Virus record (IMG/VR): IMGVR_UViG_2859827302_000002
Source: a virus
Lineage: Duplodnaviria; Heunggongvirae; Uroviricota; Caudoviricetes
Direction: 5' to 3' (one strand)
DNA: 38,307 nucleotides
Shown: positions 1 through 8,638 of the stretch, in pieces
How the letters are laid out: each line of letters opens with the position of its first letter
How positions within the stretch are numbered: position 1 is the stretch's first letter
Made by a program: the position numbers and the translations under genes
The notes under the pieces: model-generated
Seen by the model: the letters and a program-made list of their open reading frames with translations, nothing else
The model's database searches: none
What the model was told of the DNA's origin: nothing

Positions 1-662
<662 letters not shown>

Positions 663-728
663 CTTTCAGCTTGCTGGCTTTTTCGACAAGAGTTATTGGT
701 GTGTCACGTTAACCGGAAAAGGGAAAAA

Positions 729-929
729 GACATGCTGAAACAGCAGGATATGACAGAAACCGCCAGAGTGGTGTTTAATGAATTAAGCGTCACCGAACCG
801 GCGACAGTCGGGGAGATTGCGCAGAATACTTACCTTTCACGCGAACGCTGCCAGTTAATACTGACCCAGCTGGTTATGGCGGGTCTGGCAGACTATCAGT
901 TCGGTTGTTACAGACGCCTTCCGCAGTGA
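729..929 (+). CDS. small hypothetical protein, possible helix-turn-helix DNA-binding protein
   Basis: 67-aa ORF from ATG 729 (MLKQQDM...); the annotated 648 start lies inside the IS end. Segment ATVGEIAQNTYLSRERCQLILTQL is HTH-like; hairpin plus T-run overlaps its 3' end (915..940). Confidence 0.35.
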   Translation, partial: DMLKQQDMTETARVVFNELSVTEPATVGEIAQNTYLSRERCQLILTQLVMAGLADYQFGCYRRLPQ

Positions 930-1080
930 AGGCTTTTTTATTTGTGGTAAATGGGCGGCTGGTGGGTGTTAGGGGCACCCACCAGCCATCTGCTCATGCG
1001 TTGGGGTCACAAGCAAACCTCAGGCCCATCTGCTTTGCGCAAAAGCGGTATGAGCCTATCAGAGAAGTGCTTATTGATCT

Positions 1081-2130
1081 ATGGCTAATACTGTAAAAAT
1101 ATCCAGTTGTGAGTTAATCAACGCCGACTGCCTGGAATTTATCCGGTCGTTACCCGAAAATTCTGTTGACCTGATAGTCACGGACCCGCCGTACTTTAAA
1201 GTGAAGCCTGAGGGCTGGGATAACCAGTGGAAGGGCGACGATGATTACCTGAAGTGGCTGGACCAGTGTCTGGCGCAGTTCTGGCGGGTGCTGAAACCTG
1301 CCGGAAGTCTTTACCTGTTCTGTGGTCATCGCCTGGCATCTGATATCGAAATCATGATGCGTGAACGCTTCAGTGTGCTGAACCATATTATCTGGGCAAA
1401 GCCGTCCGGACGCTGGAACGGGTGCAACAAGGAAAGCCTGCGGGCGTATTTCCCCGCCACAGAGCGCATTCTGTTCGCGGAACATTATCAGGGGCCGTAC
1501 CGCCCGAAAGATGATGGCTATGAGGCGAAGGGCAGGGTACTGAAACAGCATGTGATGGCCCCGCTGATTGCTTACTTTCGTGATGCGCGAGCTGCCCTGG
1601 GGATAACGGCAAAACAGATTGCAGATGCCACAGGAAAGAAAAACATGGTGTCGCACTGGTTCAGTGCCAGTCAGTGGCAGCTACCGAACGAAAGCGATTA
1701 TCTGAAATTACAGTCGCTGTTTGCCCGGGTGGCAGAAGAGAAACATCAGCGGGGAGAACTGGAAAAGTCCCATTACCAACTGGTCAGCACATACAGTGAG
1801 CTGAGCCGGCAGTATGTGGAGCTGCAGAGTGAATATAAAAATTTGCGGAGGTATTTCGGTGTGACGGTGCAGGTGCCGTACACCGATGTGTGGACGTATA
1901 AACCGGTGCAGTACTATCCAGGGAAACATCCGTGCGAAAAACCGGCAGAAATGTTGCAGCAGATAATCAACGCGAGCAGTCGTCCGGGAGACCAGGTTGC
2001 AGATTTTTTTATGGGCTCAGGTTCAACGGTAAAAGCGGCACTGGCGCTCGGGCGTCGTGCGATTGGCGTTGAACTGGAGACCGGACGTTTTGAGCAGACA
2101 GTCAGGGAAGTTCAGGATTTAATCGTTTGA
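1081..2130 (+). CDS. phage orphan DNA methyltransferase (N6-adenine/N4-cytosine class, DPPY motif)
   Basis: 349-aa ORF with DPPY catalytic motif (IVTDPPYF) near the N-terminus and an AdoMet-binding FFMGSGST motif near the C-terminus (beta-class order). Confidence 0.85.
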   Translation: MANTVKISSCELINADCLEFIRSLPENSVDLIVTDPPYFKVKPEGWDNQWKGDDDYLKWLDQCLAQFWRVLKPAGSLYLFCGHRLASDIEIMMRERFSVLNHIIWAKPSGRWNGCNKESLRAYFPATERILFAEHYQGPYRPKDDGYEAKGRVLKQHVMAPLIAYFRDARAALGITAKQIADATGKKNMVSHWFSASQWQLPNESDYLKLQSLFARVAEEKHQRGELEKSHYQLVSTYSELSRQYVELQSEYKNLRRYFGVTVQVPYTDVWTYKPVQYYPGKHPCEKPAEMLQQIINASSRPGDQVADFFMGSGSTVKAALALGRRAIGVELETGRFEQTVREVQDLIV

Positions 2131-2179
2131 AACGGATGAGATTGCAGAATTAATTACGCACCATTATTATTCTGCTCCC

Positions 2180-2255
2180 GGCCCTTTAGCTCAGTGGTGA
2201 GAGCGAGCGACTCATAATCGCCAGGTCGCTGGTTCAAATCCAGCAAGGGCCACCA
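2180..2255 (+). tRNA. ileZ: tRNA-Ile2 (anticodon CAU, lysidine type; Met not excluded from sequence alone)
   Basis: Cloverleaf readable by eye: acceptor ggccctt/aagggcc, D-arm gctc..gagc, anticodon loop cuCAUaa, T-loop ttcaaat, encoded CCA. Near-identical to E. coli ileX/ileY as I recall it. Symbol by analogy to lambdoid/Stx-phage tRNA clusters. Confidence 0.85.
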
Positions 2256-2262
2256 TCACATA

Positions 2263-2339
2263 CCGCCATTAGCTCATCAGGAAAGAGCGCCAGCCTTCGA
2301 AGCTGGTTGCGCGGAGTTCGGGTCCCCGAAGGCGGTTCA
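2263..2339 (+). tRNA. argN: tRNA-Arg (anticodon UCG)
   Basis: D-arm gctc/gagc, anticodon stem ccagc/gctgg with loop cuUCGaa, T-loop ttcgggt; acceptor stem has one mismatch and no encoded CCA. Symbol by analogy, uncertain. Confidence 0.7.
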
Positions 2340-2352
2340 TTATCTGTATCCT

Positions 2353-2429
2353 GCGTTGTTAGCTCAGCCGGACAGAGCAATTGCCTTCTAAGCAATCGGT
2401 CACTGGTTCGAATACAGTAGAACGCGCCA
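2353..2429 (+). tRNA. argO: tRNA-Arg (anticodon UCU, reads rare AGA/AGG)
   Basis: D-arm gctc/gagc, anticodon stem attgc/gcaat with loop cuUCUaa, T-loop ttcgaat, encoded CCA at 2427..2429. Confidence 0.8.
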
Positions 2430-2444
2430 CACTTATTTTCCCTG

Positions 2445-2468
2445 GCTCGCTTTTGCGGGCTTTTTTTT
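2445..2468 (+). terminator. intrinsic terminator after tRNA cluster
   Basis: 6-bp stem gctcgc/gcgggc with tttt loop, followed by T8. Confidence 0.55.
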
Positions 2469-2684
2469 AAATGTCTCACAATTCAGGCGGTTGACTGTTG
2501 TCTGGTTTGCGGGGAGTTTGTTAAAAGAAACTGGCATGGTGAATCCCCCTGTGCGGAGGGGCAATCAGCAACTGGTGTTTTGTCACCGACCCTTATCCTT
2601 TCTGTGCGGGTTCAGGTGCTGATACTGAACTCACCGGGAGGCACCCGGCACCATGCAATGGCACATAGCGCCACTCTCCAGCCC

Positions 2685-2745
2685 CTCTCCGGAGGGGCTT
2701 TCTTATGGACAAAAAAAGCCCGCGCTGGGAGACGCGGGCGGCAAG
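2685..2745. terminator. pair of back-to-back hairpins: plus-strand terminator-like (2685..2712) and minus-strand terminator-like (2716..2745)
   Basis: agcccctc-tccg-gaggggct followed by T-rich run; then A7-gcccgcg-ctgggaga-cgcgggc, which reads as hairpin plus T7 on the minus strand. Confidence 0.4.
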
Positions 2746-2932
2746 GAATAAACAACAAAACGTGAAGTAATATTTCAGCTGGTGAATAATATCCGACAGT
2801 AATCACTCTGCGCAATAGCGCGGCCTTTTTCATATTGCGGGCTGTTGTCTATCTTCTGCCATTGTCCTGTAACTTCCGGACTTCAGCCCGCTCCTCATGT
2901 TACTCACAATATTATCCAGGCCGGGAGGATTC

Positions 2933-3166
2933 ATGGCATTTAAACACTATGACGTGGTCAGGGCGGCGTCGCCGTCAGACCTTGCGGAGCGACTGACACA
3001 AAAACTGAAGGAGGGGTGGCAGCCATTTGGCAGTCCGGTGGCCATCACGCCTTATACCCTGATGCAGGCCATTGCGGCGGAAGGTGATGTCACCACACCT
3101 GTGGTGGTGAAGCCGTCGGATGGAGAAGGCGCAGTTATCAGCACCACCAGCAACCCGGAGTATTAA
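2933..3166 (+). CDS. DUF1737-like N-terminal domain ORF of nanS-p-type esterase, separated from the esterase body by an in-frame TAA
   Basis: MAFKHYDVVRAASPSDLAERLTQKLKEGWQPFGSPVAITPYTLMQ; same frame as the downstream esterase ORF, with TAA at 3164..3166. Confidence 0.6.
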   Translation: MAFKHYDVVRAASPSDLAERLTQKLKEGWQPFGSPVAITPYTLMQAIAAEGDVTTPVVVKPSDGEGAVISTTSNPEY

Positions 3167-3199
3167 TTTGTTGTTGCCCTGGCCGGGCAGTCAAACGGT

Positions 3200-4894
3200 A
3201 TGGCGTATGGTGAAGGGCTTCCGCTTCCGGATTCATACGATGCGCCCCATCCGCGTATTAAACAGCTGGCGCGTCGCAGCACTGTCACGCCGGGTGGTGC
3301 GTCCTGTAACTACAATGACATTATTCCTGCGGACCACTGCCTGCATGATGTTCAGGATTTGAGTAAGTTTTCACACCCGAAAGCCAGCGCAGCTCAGTAT
3401 GGATGCGTGGGGCAGGGATTACATATCGCGAAGAAATTGTTGCCGTTTATTCCGGCGAATGCCGGTATTCTTCTGGTTCCGTGCTGCCGTGGTGGTTCTG
3501 CATTTTTGGCGGGCGATGAAGGTACCTTCAGCGAATCCACCGGCGCAAGCGAGACCTCGGCACGCTGGGGTGTAGATAAGCCACTGTACAAGGACCTGCT
3601 TACCCGTACTCAGGCCGCACTGAAGGCTAACCCTAAAAATATTCTGCTTGCAGTGGTCTGGATGCAGGGCGAGTTTGATTTGAAACAGGGTGCATACGCC
3701 ACTCAGCCGGGGCTGTTTGATTCCATGGTGGAAAAATATCGTTCTGACCTGTCGGAATTCGGAGGTCAGTGTCTCGGGGGCTCTCCGTCATCGGTTCCCT
3801 GGATTTGTGGCGACACGACCTACTACTGGAAGCAGACTTATTCTTCGCAATACGATGCGGTGTATGGTGCATACAAGACGAAATCCGCAAAAAAAATCTT
3901 CTTTGTGCCGTTTATGACGGATGAAAACGGGCGAAATGTGGGTACCAACGAGCCGTCAGAAGATCCGGATGTTGCGGATATTGGGTATTACGGAGCCGGT
4001 GGTCGAACGGACGCCAAAACCTGGACGACGGCCGACCGTAAAACGCATTTTGGATCATGGGCACGTCGTGGGATTATTTCCGACCGTCTGGCAACGGCGA
4101 TTCTTGTGCATGCCGGGAGAACCGCTGAATTCATTACCGGAAAACAGCCTGATACGGTGAAGCCCACCGGACCTTCCGGTGAAGGTACGGAGAGAGAGCC
4201 GGAACCCCCGGTCAGTAACCGAACCCTGATGAGTCTGCTGGCGTCCGGCGAAGACCTGGCATCACAGGGCTGGCGCTATTATCACAAACCGGCGAGCGGA
4301 GACAATGTTAACAAAAACATTGCTGAAGCGGTGGTCAGTGATGCGGGGGCTACGGGAGGTAAGGCCCTGCAACTGAATAAACCGGAAAACCACATCTGGT
4401 TTCTGGAGCATGATGCAGCCGGACAGGGAGTGGAGTTACTGAAGAAGGGGGGGCGTGTGAGCGTACGGTTTAAGTTGCCGGGTTCACTGGTGCCGAATCG
4501 GTTTGCCCTGGGCATTTACTGGCAGTTGTCGTCCCTGCCGGAGGGAGTGACGCTGGCAGAGGAAGGCAACGACATGCTGATGTCCTTCTTCCTGCAGACG
4601 GATGCGACGAACCTGAACGCGATGTACCACAAGAAGCCGAATGCGAAGCTGGATACGTTCGGGGTCTTTGATAACGGATGGCACACACTGGCTTTTGAGT
4701 TTGCCGGAAACAACAGCATTCAGGTGACGCCGGTACTGGATGAGAAACGGGGGACGCCGTTCACACTGGTGAAATATCCGGCATCAGGGGCGGCGGACAA
4801 ACTGCAACTGACAGGCATATCAAAGGCGGCGACATATACGCTGCTGATTGACAGTGTGAAGGTGGAAGTGAACAACGCGGATGCCGCGGCATGA
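3200..4894 (+). CDS. prophage sialate O-acetylesterase (NanS-p-like, SASA/DUF303) body; likely nonfunctional or needs readthrough
   Basis: 564-aa ORF; frame is open from 3167 and encodes FVVALAGQSNGMAYGEG (the serine-motif region) before the first ATG at 3200. Confidence 0.7.
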   Translation: MAYGEGLPLPDSYDAPHPRIKQLARRSTVTPGGASCNYNDIIPADHCLHDVQDLSKFSHPKASAAQYGCVGQGLHIAKKLLPFIPANAGILLVPCCRGGSAFLAGDEGTFSESTGASETSARWGVDKPLYKDLLTRTQAALKANPKNILLAVVWMQGEFDLKQGAYATQPGLFDSMVEKYRSDLSEFGGQCLGGSPSSVPWICGDTTYYWKQTYSSQYDAVYGAYKTKSAKKIFFVPFMTDENGRNVGTNEPSEDPDVADIGYYGAGGRTDAKTWTTADRKTHFGSWARRGIISDRLATAILVHAGRTAEFITGKQPDTVKPTGPSGEGTEREPEPPVSNRTLMSLLASGEDLASQGWRYYHKPASGDNVNKNIAEAVVSDAGATGGKALQLNKPENHIWFLEHDAAGQGVELLKKGGRVSVRFKLPGSLVPNRFALGIYWQLSSLPEGVTLAEEGNDMLMSFFLQTDATNLNAMYHKKPNAKLDTFGVFDNGWHTLAFEFAGNNSIQVTPVLDEKRGTPFTLVKYPASGAADKLQLTGISKAATYTLLIDSVKVEVNNADAAA

Positions 4895-5029
4895 TAAAAA
4901 AAGCCGCCAGCGGCAGGAACGGAAGCTGGCGGAGGTAATCCCAATGGAGAATGTAAAGAAAAGATGCTTTCGTATATCGGTTTTTTAAATGAAAACAGTT
5001 CTCATTGTCAACCATAACGGTAAGAAACT

Positions 5030-5164
5030 ATGACATTTATTCATCAGGTGATGCTGTACTTCTGTACGGCGGTCTGTGTGCTGTATCTTCTTTCGGGTGG
5101 GTACAGGGCAGTGCGCGATTTCTGGCGCAGGCAGATTGATAAAAGGGCCGCAGAGAAAATCTGA
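5030..5164 (+). pseudogene. small membrane protein gene interrupted at its 3' end by IS600-like insertion
   Basis: ATG 5030, hydrophobic segment MLYFCTAVCVLYLL; stop is supplied by the IS terminus tga at 5162. After removing the IS and one copy of the duplication the frame continues at 6429..6491 to a 64-aa product. Confidence 0.45.
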
Positions 5165-5204
5165 GGTGTACTGGCAATAGCGGACACTACCATTTGTTCT
5201 TTTT

Positions 5205-6023
5205 TTAAGCAGCCATCTGATGATACTTTTCCCTGAAGGCTGCCGGGGAGATATTCCCCAGACGAGAGTGACGACGCTGACGATTGTAGAAAATCTCAAT
5301 GTATTCCCGTATTACTGAGATGGCTTCATCCCGGTTATTAAAACGATAGTGGCTCAGGCTCTCATTTTTCAGCGTTCCCCAGAAGCTTTCCATCGGAGCG
5401 TTGTCGTAACAGTTACCTTTACGCGACATTGATGTTTTCAGACCAGACTGCTCCTGTATGACCCGGTAATCGTATGCGCAGTACTGTGAACCTCGATCAG
5501 AGTGGTGGATTAGCCCGGCAGGTGGGCGCTGGCTCCTGAGCGCCATAAACAGGGCTTTACCTGTCAGCTCTTTTGTCATGCGCTCTCCCATGGCGTAGCC
5601 GACAATTTCGCACGTATAAACATCTTTGATGCCAGCGAGGTACAACCATCCCTCCTGAGTGGCAACATACGTCAGGTCCGCCACCCAGACCTGATTTGGT
5701 GCTGTAGGAGCGAACGTCTGGTTCAGCAGATTTGGCGCAACTGGCAGATTGTGGTTCGGGTTCGTAGTCGCTCTGAACTTGCGTTTCTGCTTACAGCGTA
5801 GCCTTAGCTCCTTACGAAGACGTGCCAGTCGGTCACGACCAACGATGATGCCATTCTCTGCCAGCTCCGTCTGGAGCCGCCGGGTTCCATATGTTTCGCG
5901 AGTGCGGATATGTGCCACCTTAATCTCCAGTTTTAGCCGCTCATCACTTTGTTTTCTGTCTGAGGGTTCATGCTGTACCCAGTTGTAATAACCGCTCCTG
6001 GATACACCAAATACCTGACACAT
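5205..6023 (-). CDS. IS3-family transposase OrfB (DDE), normally made as OrfAB by -1 frameshift
   Basis: 272-aa ORF with HHSDRGSQY and GNCYDNAPMESFW motifs. Confidence 0.85.
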   Translation of the reverse strand: MCQVFGVSRSGYYNWVQHEPSDRKQSDERLKLEIKVAHIRTRETYGTRRLQTELAENGIIVGRDRLARLRKELRLRCKQKRKFRATTNPNHNLPVAPNLLNQTFAPTAPNQVWVADLTYVATQEGWLYLAGIKDVYTCEIVGYAMGERMTKELTGKALFMALRSQRPPAGLIHHSDRGSQYCAYDYRVIQEQSGLKTSMSRKGNCYDNAPMESFWGTLKNESLSHYRFNNRDEAISVIREYIEIFYNRQRRHSRLGNISPAAFREKYHQMAA

Positions 6024-6058
6024 CGCTTCAATGGGAAATTGTTGTCGCCATTGTTCGA

Positions 6059-6361
6059 TTAACGCGTATTTTTCAGCGACTCCTGTGCAAAATACGCTGT
6101 TGCTTTTTTTAATATATCTCGCTCAAGGCGAGCTTCATTTAACGCCTTACGCAGTTGCAGAATTTCAGATTCCAGTTCAGCCACCGTGCGGGAACCAGGA
6201 GTACCGAGCCCTTTTCTGGCGGCGGTAACCCATTGTCCTAAAGTGCCTTCAGGAAGGGATAATCGGGAAGCGCCTTCACTGATCGAAAGTTGATTTTCAA
6301 GAACCGTTCTGACAGCTTCGGCTTTGAACTCTTTAGAGTAACGTTGGTTTTTTCTGCTCAT
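6059..6361 (-). CDS. IS3-family transposase OrfA (HTH)
   Basis: 100-aa ORF MSRKNQRYSKEFKAEAVRTV... with HTH and leucine-zipper-like C-terminus. Confidence 0.85.
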   Translation of the reverse strand: MSRKNQRYSKEFKAEAVRTVLENQLSISEGASRLSLPEGTLGQWVTAARKGLGTPGSRTVAELESEILQLRKALNEARLERDILKKATAYFAQESLKNTR

Positions 6362-6516
6362 TATTAGCTCCTTCTGATGCCATTCTATTTCAGGAAGGAG
6401 TGTCCGTTAAACTCAGGCTACCTCAATCAGCGCCAGTCAGTCAGCCGGAGCAAAAACAGAAGCCCCACTCATTCCGGAACAACCTTCTTAATAACCCATT
6501 TCAACGAGAAAATCCT

Positions 6517-6786
6517 ATGTCAGAAATAAAATCGCTGGTCACTGCTGAGGCAGTGAAGGAAGTCCTGCGCTCTGAAGAAGTCCGGAGCGCACTGAAACAG
6601 CAACTTCGGCAGAACCTTGAGGCGCGTCTTGATGCAGAAGTGGATTCAATTCTGGATGAACTGCTGGGCGCACCGACTGTTCCGGAGCCGGAAGGCATTG
6701 CGGATGACAGTGCTGTTTCAGATGGCGTCGGGTCTCAGCCTGACGGTAGTGAAGGGCCTCAGCCTGACGGCGAAATGATGATGTAA
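6517..6786 (+). CDS. acidic hypothetical phage protein
   Basis: 89-aa ORF from ATG 6517 (MSEIKSLVTAEAVKEVL...), Asp/Glu-rich C-terminus, directly upstream of holin. Confidence 0.4.
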   Translation: MSEIKSLVTAEAVKEVLRSEEVRSALKQQLRQNLEARLDAEVDSILDELLGAPTVPEPEGIADDSAVSDGVGSQPDGSEGPQPDGEMMM

Positions 6787-6861
6787 CCATGCGCAGGGGG
6801 TGTCGGTGTGAGCTGATGCCCCACTTGTTGTTGTGAGCTTCCGGATTGCGGGAGACGGGGT

Positions 6862-7077
6862 ATGTACCAGATGGAAAAAATCACAACAGGTGTGTCATAC
6901 ACCACGTCAGCGGTGGGAACGGGCTACTGGTTCCTGCAGTTGCTGGACAGGGTTTCCCCGTCTCTGTGGGCGGCAATAGGCGTACTGGGGAGTCTGCTGT
7001 TTGGGCTGCTGACATATCTGACTAACCTGTATTTCAAAATCAGAGAGGACCGTCGTAAGGCTGCACGGGGAGAGTAA
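6862..7077 (+). CDS. class II holin/pinholin (S21-like) with dual-start motif
   Basis: 71 aa, two TM segments ([32 protein letters not shown]), charged C-terminus, MYQMEK alternative starts. Confidence 0.8.
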   Translation: MYQMEKITTGVSYTTSAVGTGYWFLQLLDRVSPSLWAAIGVLGSLLFGLLTYLTNLYFKIREDRRKAARGE

Positions 7078-7081
7078 TTCA

Positions 7082-7426
7082 ATGACTCAAAACTATGAAC
7101 TGATTGTGAAAGGGATCCGCAATTTTGAGAATAAAGTTACGGTAACTTTAGCGTTACGGGACAAAAAACGCTTTGACGGTGAAATTTTTGACCTGGACAT
7201 CGCGCTGGACCGTGTTGAAGGTGCCGCGCTGGAGTTTTATGAGGCAGCAGCCAGAAGGAGCATCAGACAGGTCTTCCTGGATGTTGCTGCCGGGTTATGT
7301 GAAGGGGATGAGCAGTCGCCGGAAAAGCGTCCCGTAATTTTAGAGGCGCAGGATGTGTTGATAACCTACAGAGGAAAACTACCGGGAATAATTACGGGTT
7401 CTCTGAAGAGTCCGCCGAAATGGTAA
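7082..7426 (+). CDS. DUF1327-like (YdfR-like) protein between holin and endolysin
   Basis: 114-aa ORF; position and N-terminal sequence resemble Qin prophage YdfR as I recall it. Confidence 0.5.
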   Translation: MTQNYELIVKGIRNFENKVTVTLALRDKKRFDGEIFDLDIALDRVEGAALEFYEAAARRSIRQVFLDVAAGLCEGDEQSPEKRPVILEAQDVLITYRGKLPGIITGSLKSPPKW

Positions 7427-7664
7427 TTTTACCAGCATATTTTTCATCCAGTAATACAGCAAGCCGCCTGAAAGAGTCTTGTTGTTCCTGAGACCATTTG
7501 GGATTGCATGATTCAAACTGGATTGATGCCAGCGTTGATTGCATCTGTTCCCTTGGAATTGAGAATGCCAGATATGAGAAGGCGACGGTAAGGGTATTCA
7601 CGTCTTCCCGAAGCCTGGAAATGCTGTCGAGCAACTCCTGTAGAGAAATGGTGTTATTGTCCAT
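7392..7664 (-). CDS. hypothetical 90-aa protein, antisense to the lysis operon, AT-rich
   Basis: Minus-strand ORF with SD aggatt upstream of ATG 7664; predicted helical; convergently overlaps the DUF1327 gene by 35 bp. Confidence 0.4.
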   Translation of the reverse strand: MDNNTISLQELLDSISRLREDVNTLTVAFSYLAFSIPREQMQSTLASIQFESCNPKWSQEQQDSFRRLAVLLDEKYAGKITISADSSENP

Positions 7665-7769
7665 AAATAATCCTCATGATTGTATTGACCTGTTAGCAGC
7701 CTGAGGCAACAGGCTGGAACTGATAAACATATCCAGGGCTCAGAAACCGATAAATCCTGATAAATATCC

Positions 7770-8303
7770 ATGAACGCAAAAATCAGATACGGCCTGTCGG
7801 CTGCCGTTCTGGCGCTGATTGCCGCTGGTGCGCCTGCGCCTGACATTCTCGACCAGTTTCTGGATGAAAAGGAAGGTAACCACACCACGGCATACCGTGA
7901 TGGCGCGGGTATCTGGACCATCTGCCGCGGTGCCATCCTGGTGGATGGCAAACCTGTCGTTCCGGGCATGAAGTTGTCGAAGGAAAAATGCGACCGGGTT
8001 AACGCCATTGAGCGTGATAAGGCGCTGGCATGGGTGGAGAAAAACATCAGAGTGCCATTGAGCGAACCCCAGAAAGCGGGGATCGCGTCATTCTGTCCGT
8101 ACAACATTGGCCCCGGTAAGTGTTTCAGCTCAACGTTTTACCGGAAACTGAACGCCGGAGACCGGAAAGGTGCATGTGCTGAAATTCGTCGCTGGATATA
8201 TGACGGCGGCAGGGACTGTCGGAACCGCTCAAATAACTGTTACGGGCAGGTATCGCGGCGTGACCAGGAGAGCGCGCTGGCGTGCTGGGGTATCGACAGG
8301 TAG
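7770..8303 (+). CDS. SAR endolysin (phage lysozyme R, GH24-like)
   Basis: 177 aa, N-terminal signal-anchor-release segment (LSAAVLALIAAGAPAP) followed by lysozyme-like domain. Confidence 0.85.
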   Translation: MNAKIRYGLSAAVLALIAAGAPAPDILDQFLDEKEGNHTTAYRDGAGIWTICRGAILVDGKPVVPGMKLSKEKCDRVNAIERDKALAWVEKNIRVPLSEPQKAGIASFCPYNIGPGKCFSSTFYRKLNAGDRKGACAEIRRWIYDGGRDCRNRSNNCYGQVSRRDQESALACWGIDR

Positions 8304-8392
8304 CAGAATATTTTGCTGAAAAATGACGCTTGCTCACGCGGGCGGATAACACGAAGTCCTGTGAACTGGCAAAACCTAAGTGAATAAAAGTA

Positions 8393-8434
8393 AAAACCCC
8401 GTTTGTTGGCAGCAAGCGGGGTTTTGTGTTTTCT
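8393..8434 (+). terminator. intrinsic terminator-like hairpin between endolysin and Rz
   Basis: 9-bp stem aaaaccccg/cggggtttt with 15-nt loop, followed by T-rich tract. Confidence 0.4.
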
Positions 8435-8523
8435 GACCTTGAGTAAGGCAAGGGAGAAATTATGGTGAGGGAGGTGCTTTCCCTGTGAGGAAGTATAAAA
8501 GATTCTTTCTGAGGTTGTCCATT

Positions 8524-8637
8524 ATGAAAGGCATTGAAGTGGAGACGCCAGCCAGTCTGGATTTAACAAGAGCGGCAGCTTTTGCCATTCGTATTGTGGC
8601 AATTGCTGTTCTGGTCTGGGCAATCCGTTGGTGGTGA
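8524..8637 (+). CDS. possible 37-aa single-TM peptide immediately upstream of Rz
   Basis: ATG 8524 to TGA 8635..8637 (MKGIEVETPASLDLTRAAAFAIRIVAIAVLVWAIRWW); below the ORF-track size cutoff. Confidence 0.25.
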   Translation: MKGIEVETPASLDLTRAAAFAIRIVAIAVLVWAIRWW

Positions 8638-8638
8638 T

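Larger units (their letters stand above)
5162..6425 (-). mobile_element. IS600-like IS3-family insertion sequence, complete (1264 bp) with 3-bp target duplication ATC
   Basis: Imperfect terminal inverted repeats tgaggtgtactggcaatagcggacactacc (5162..) and rc of 6397..6425 tgaggtagcctgagtttaacggacactcc; flanks atc|IS|atc; orfA and orfB on minus strand. IS600 name from remembered length and OrfA sequence. Confidence 0.8.

Noticed and set aside
2180-2429. Possibility that a phage suppressor tRNA rescues the in-frame TAG/TAA codons
   Set aside because: The three tRNAs have anticodons CAU, UCG and UCU; none is CUA or UUA, so no nonsense suppressor is encoded here.
2470-2932. Shiga toxin genes downstream of the tRNA cluster
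   Set aside because: Only about 450 bp of non-coding, hairpin-rich sequence is present; the small ORFs 2580..2765 and 2612..2833 overlap on opposite strands and show no toxin-like features.
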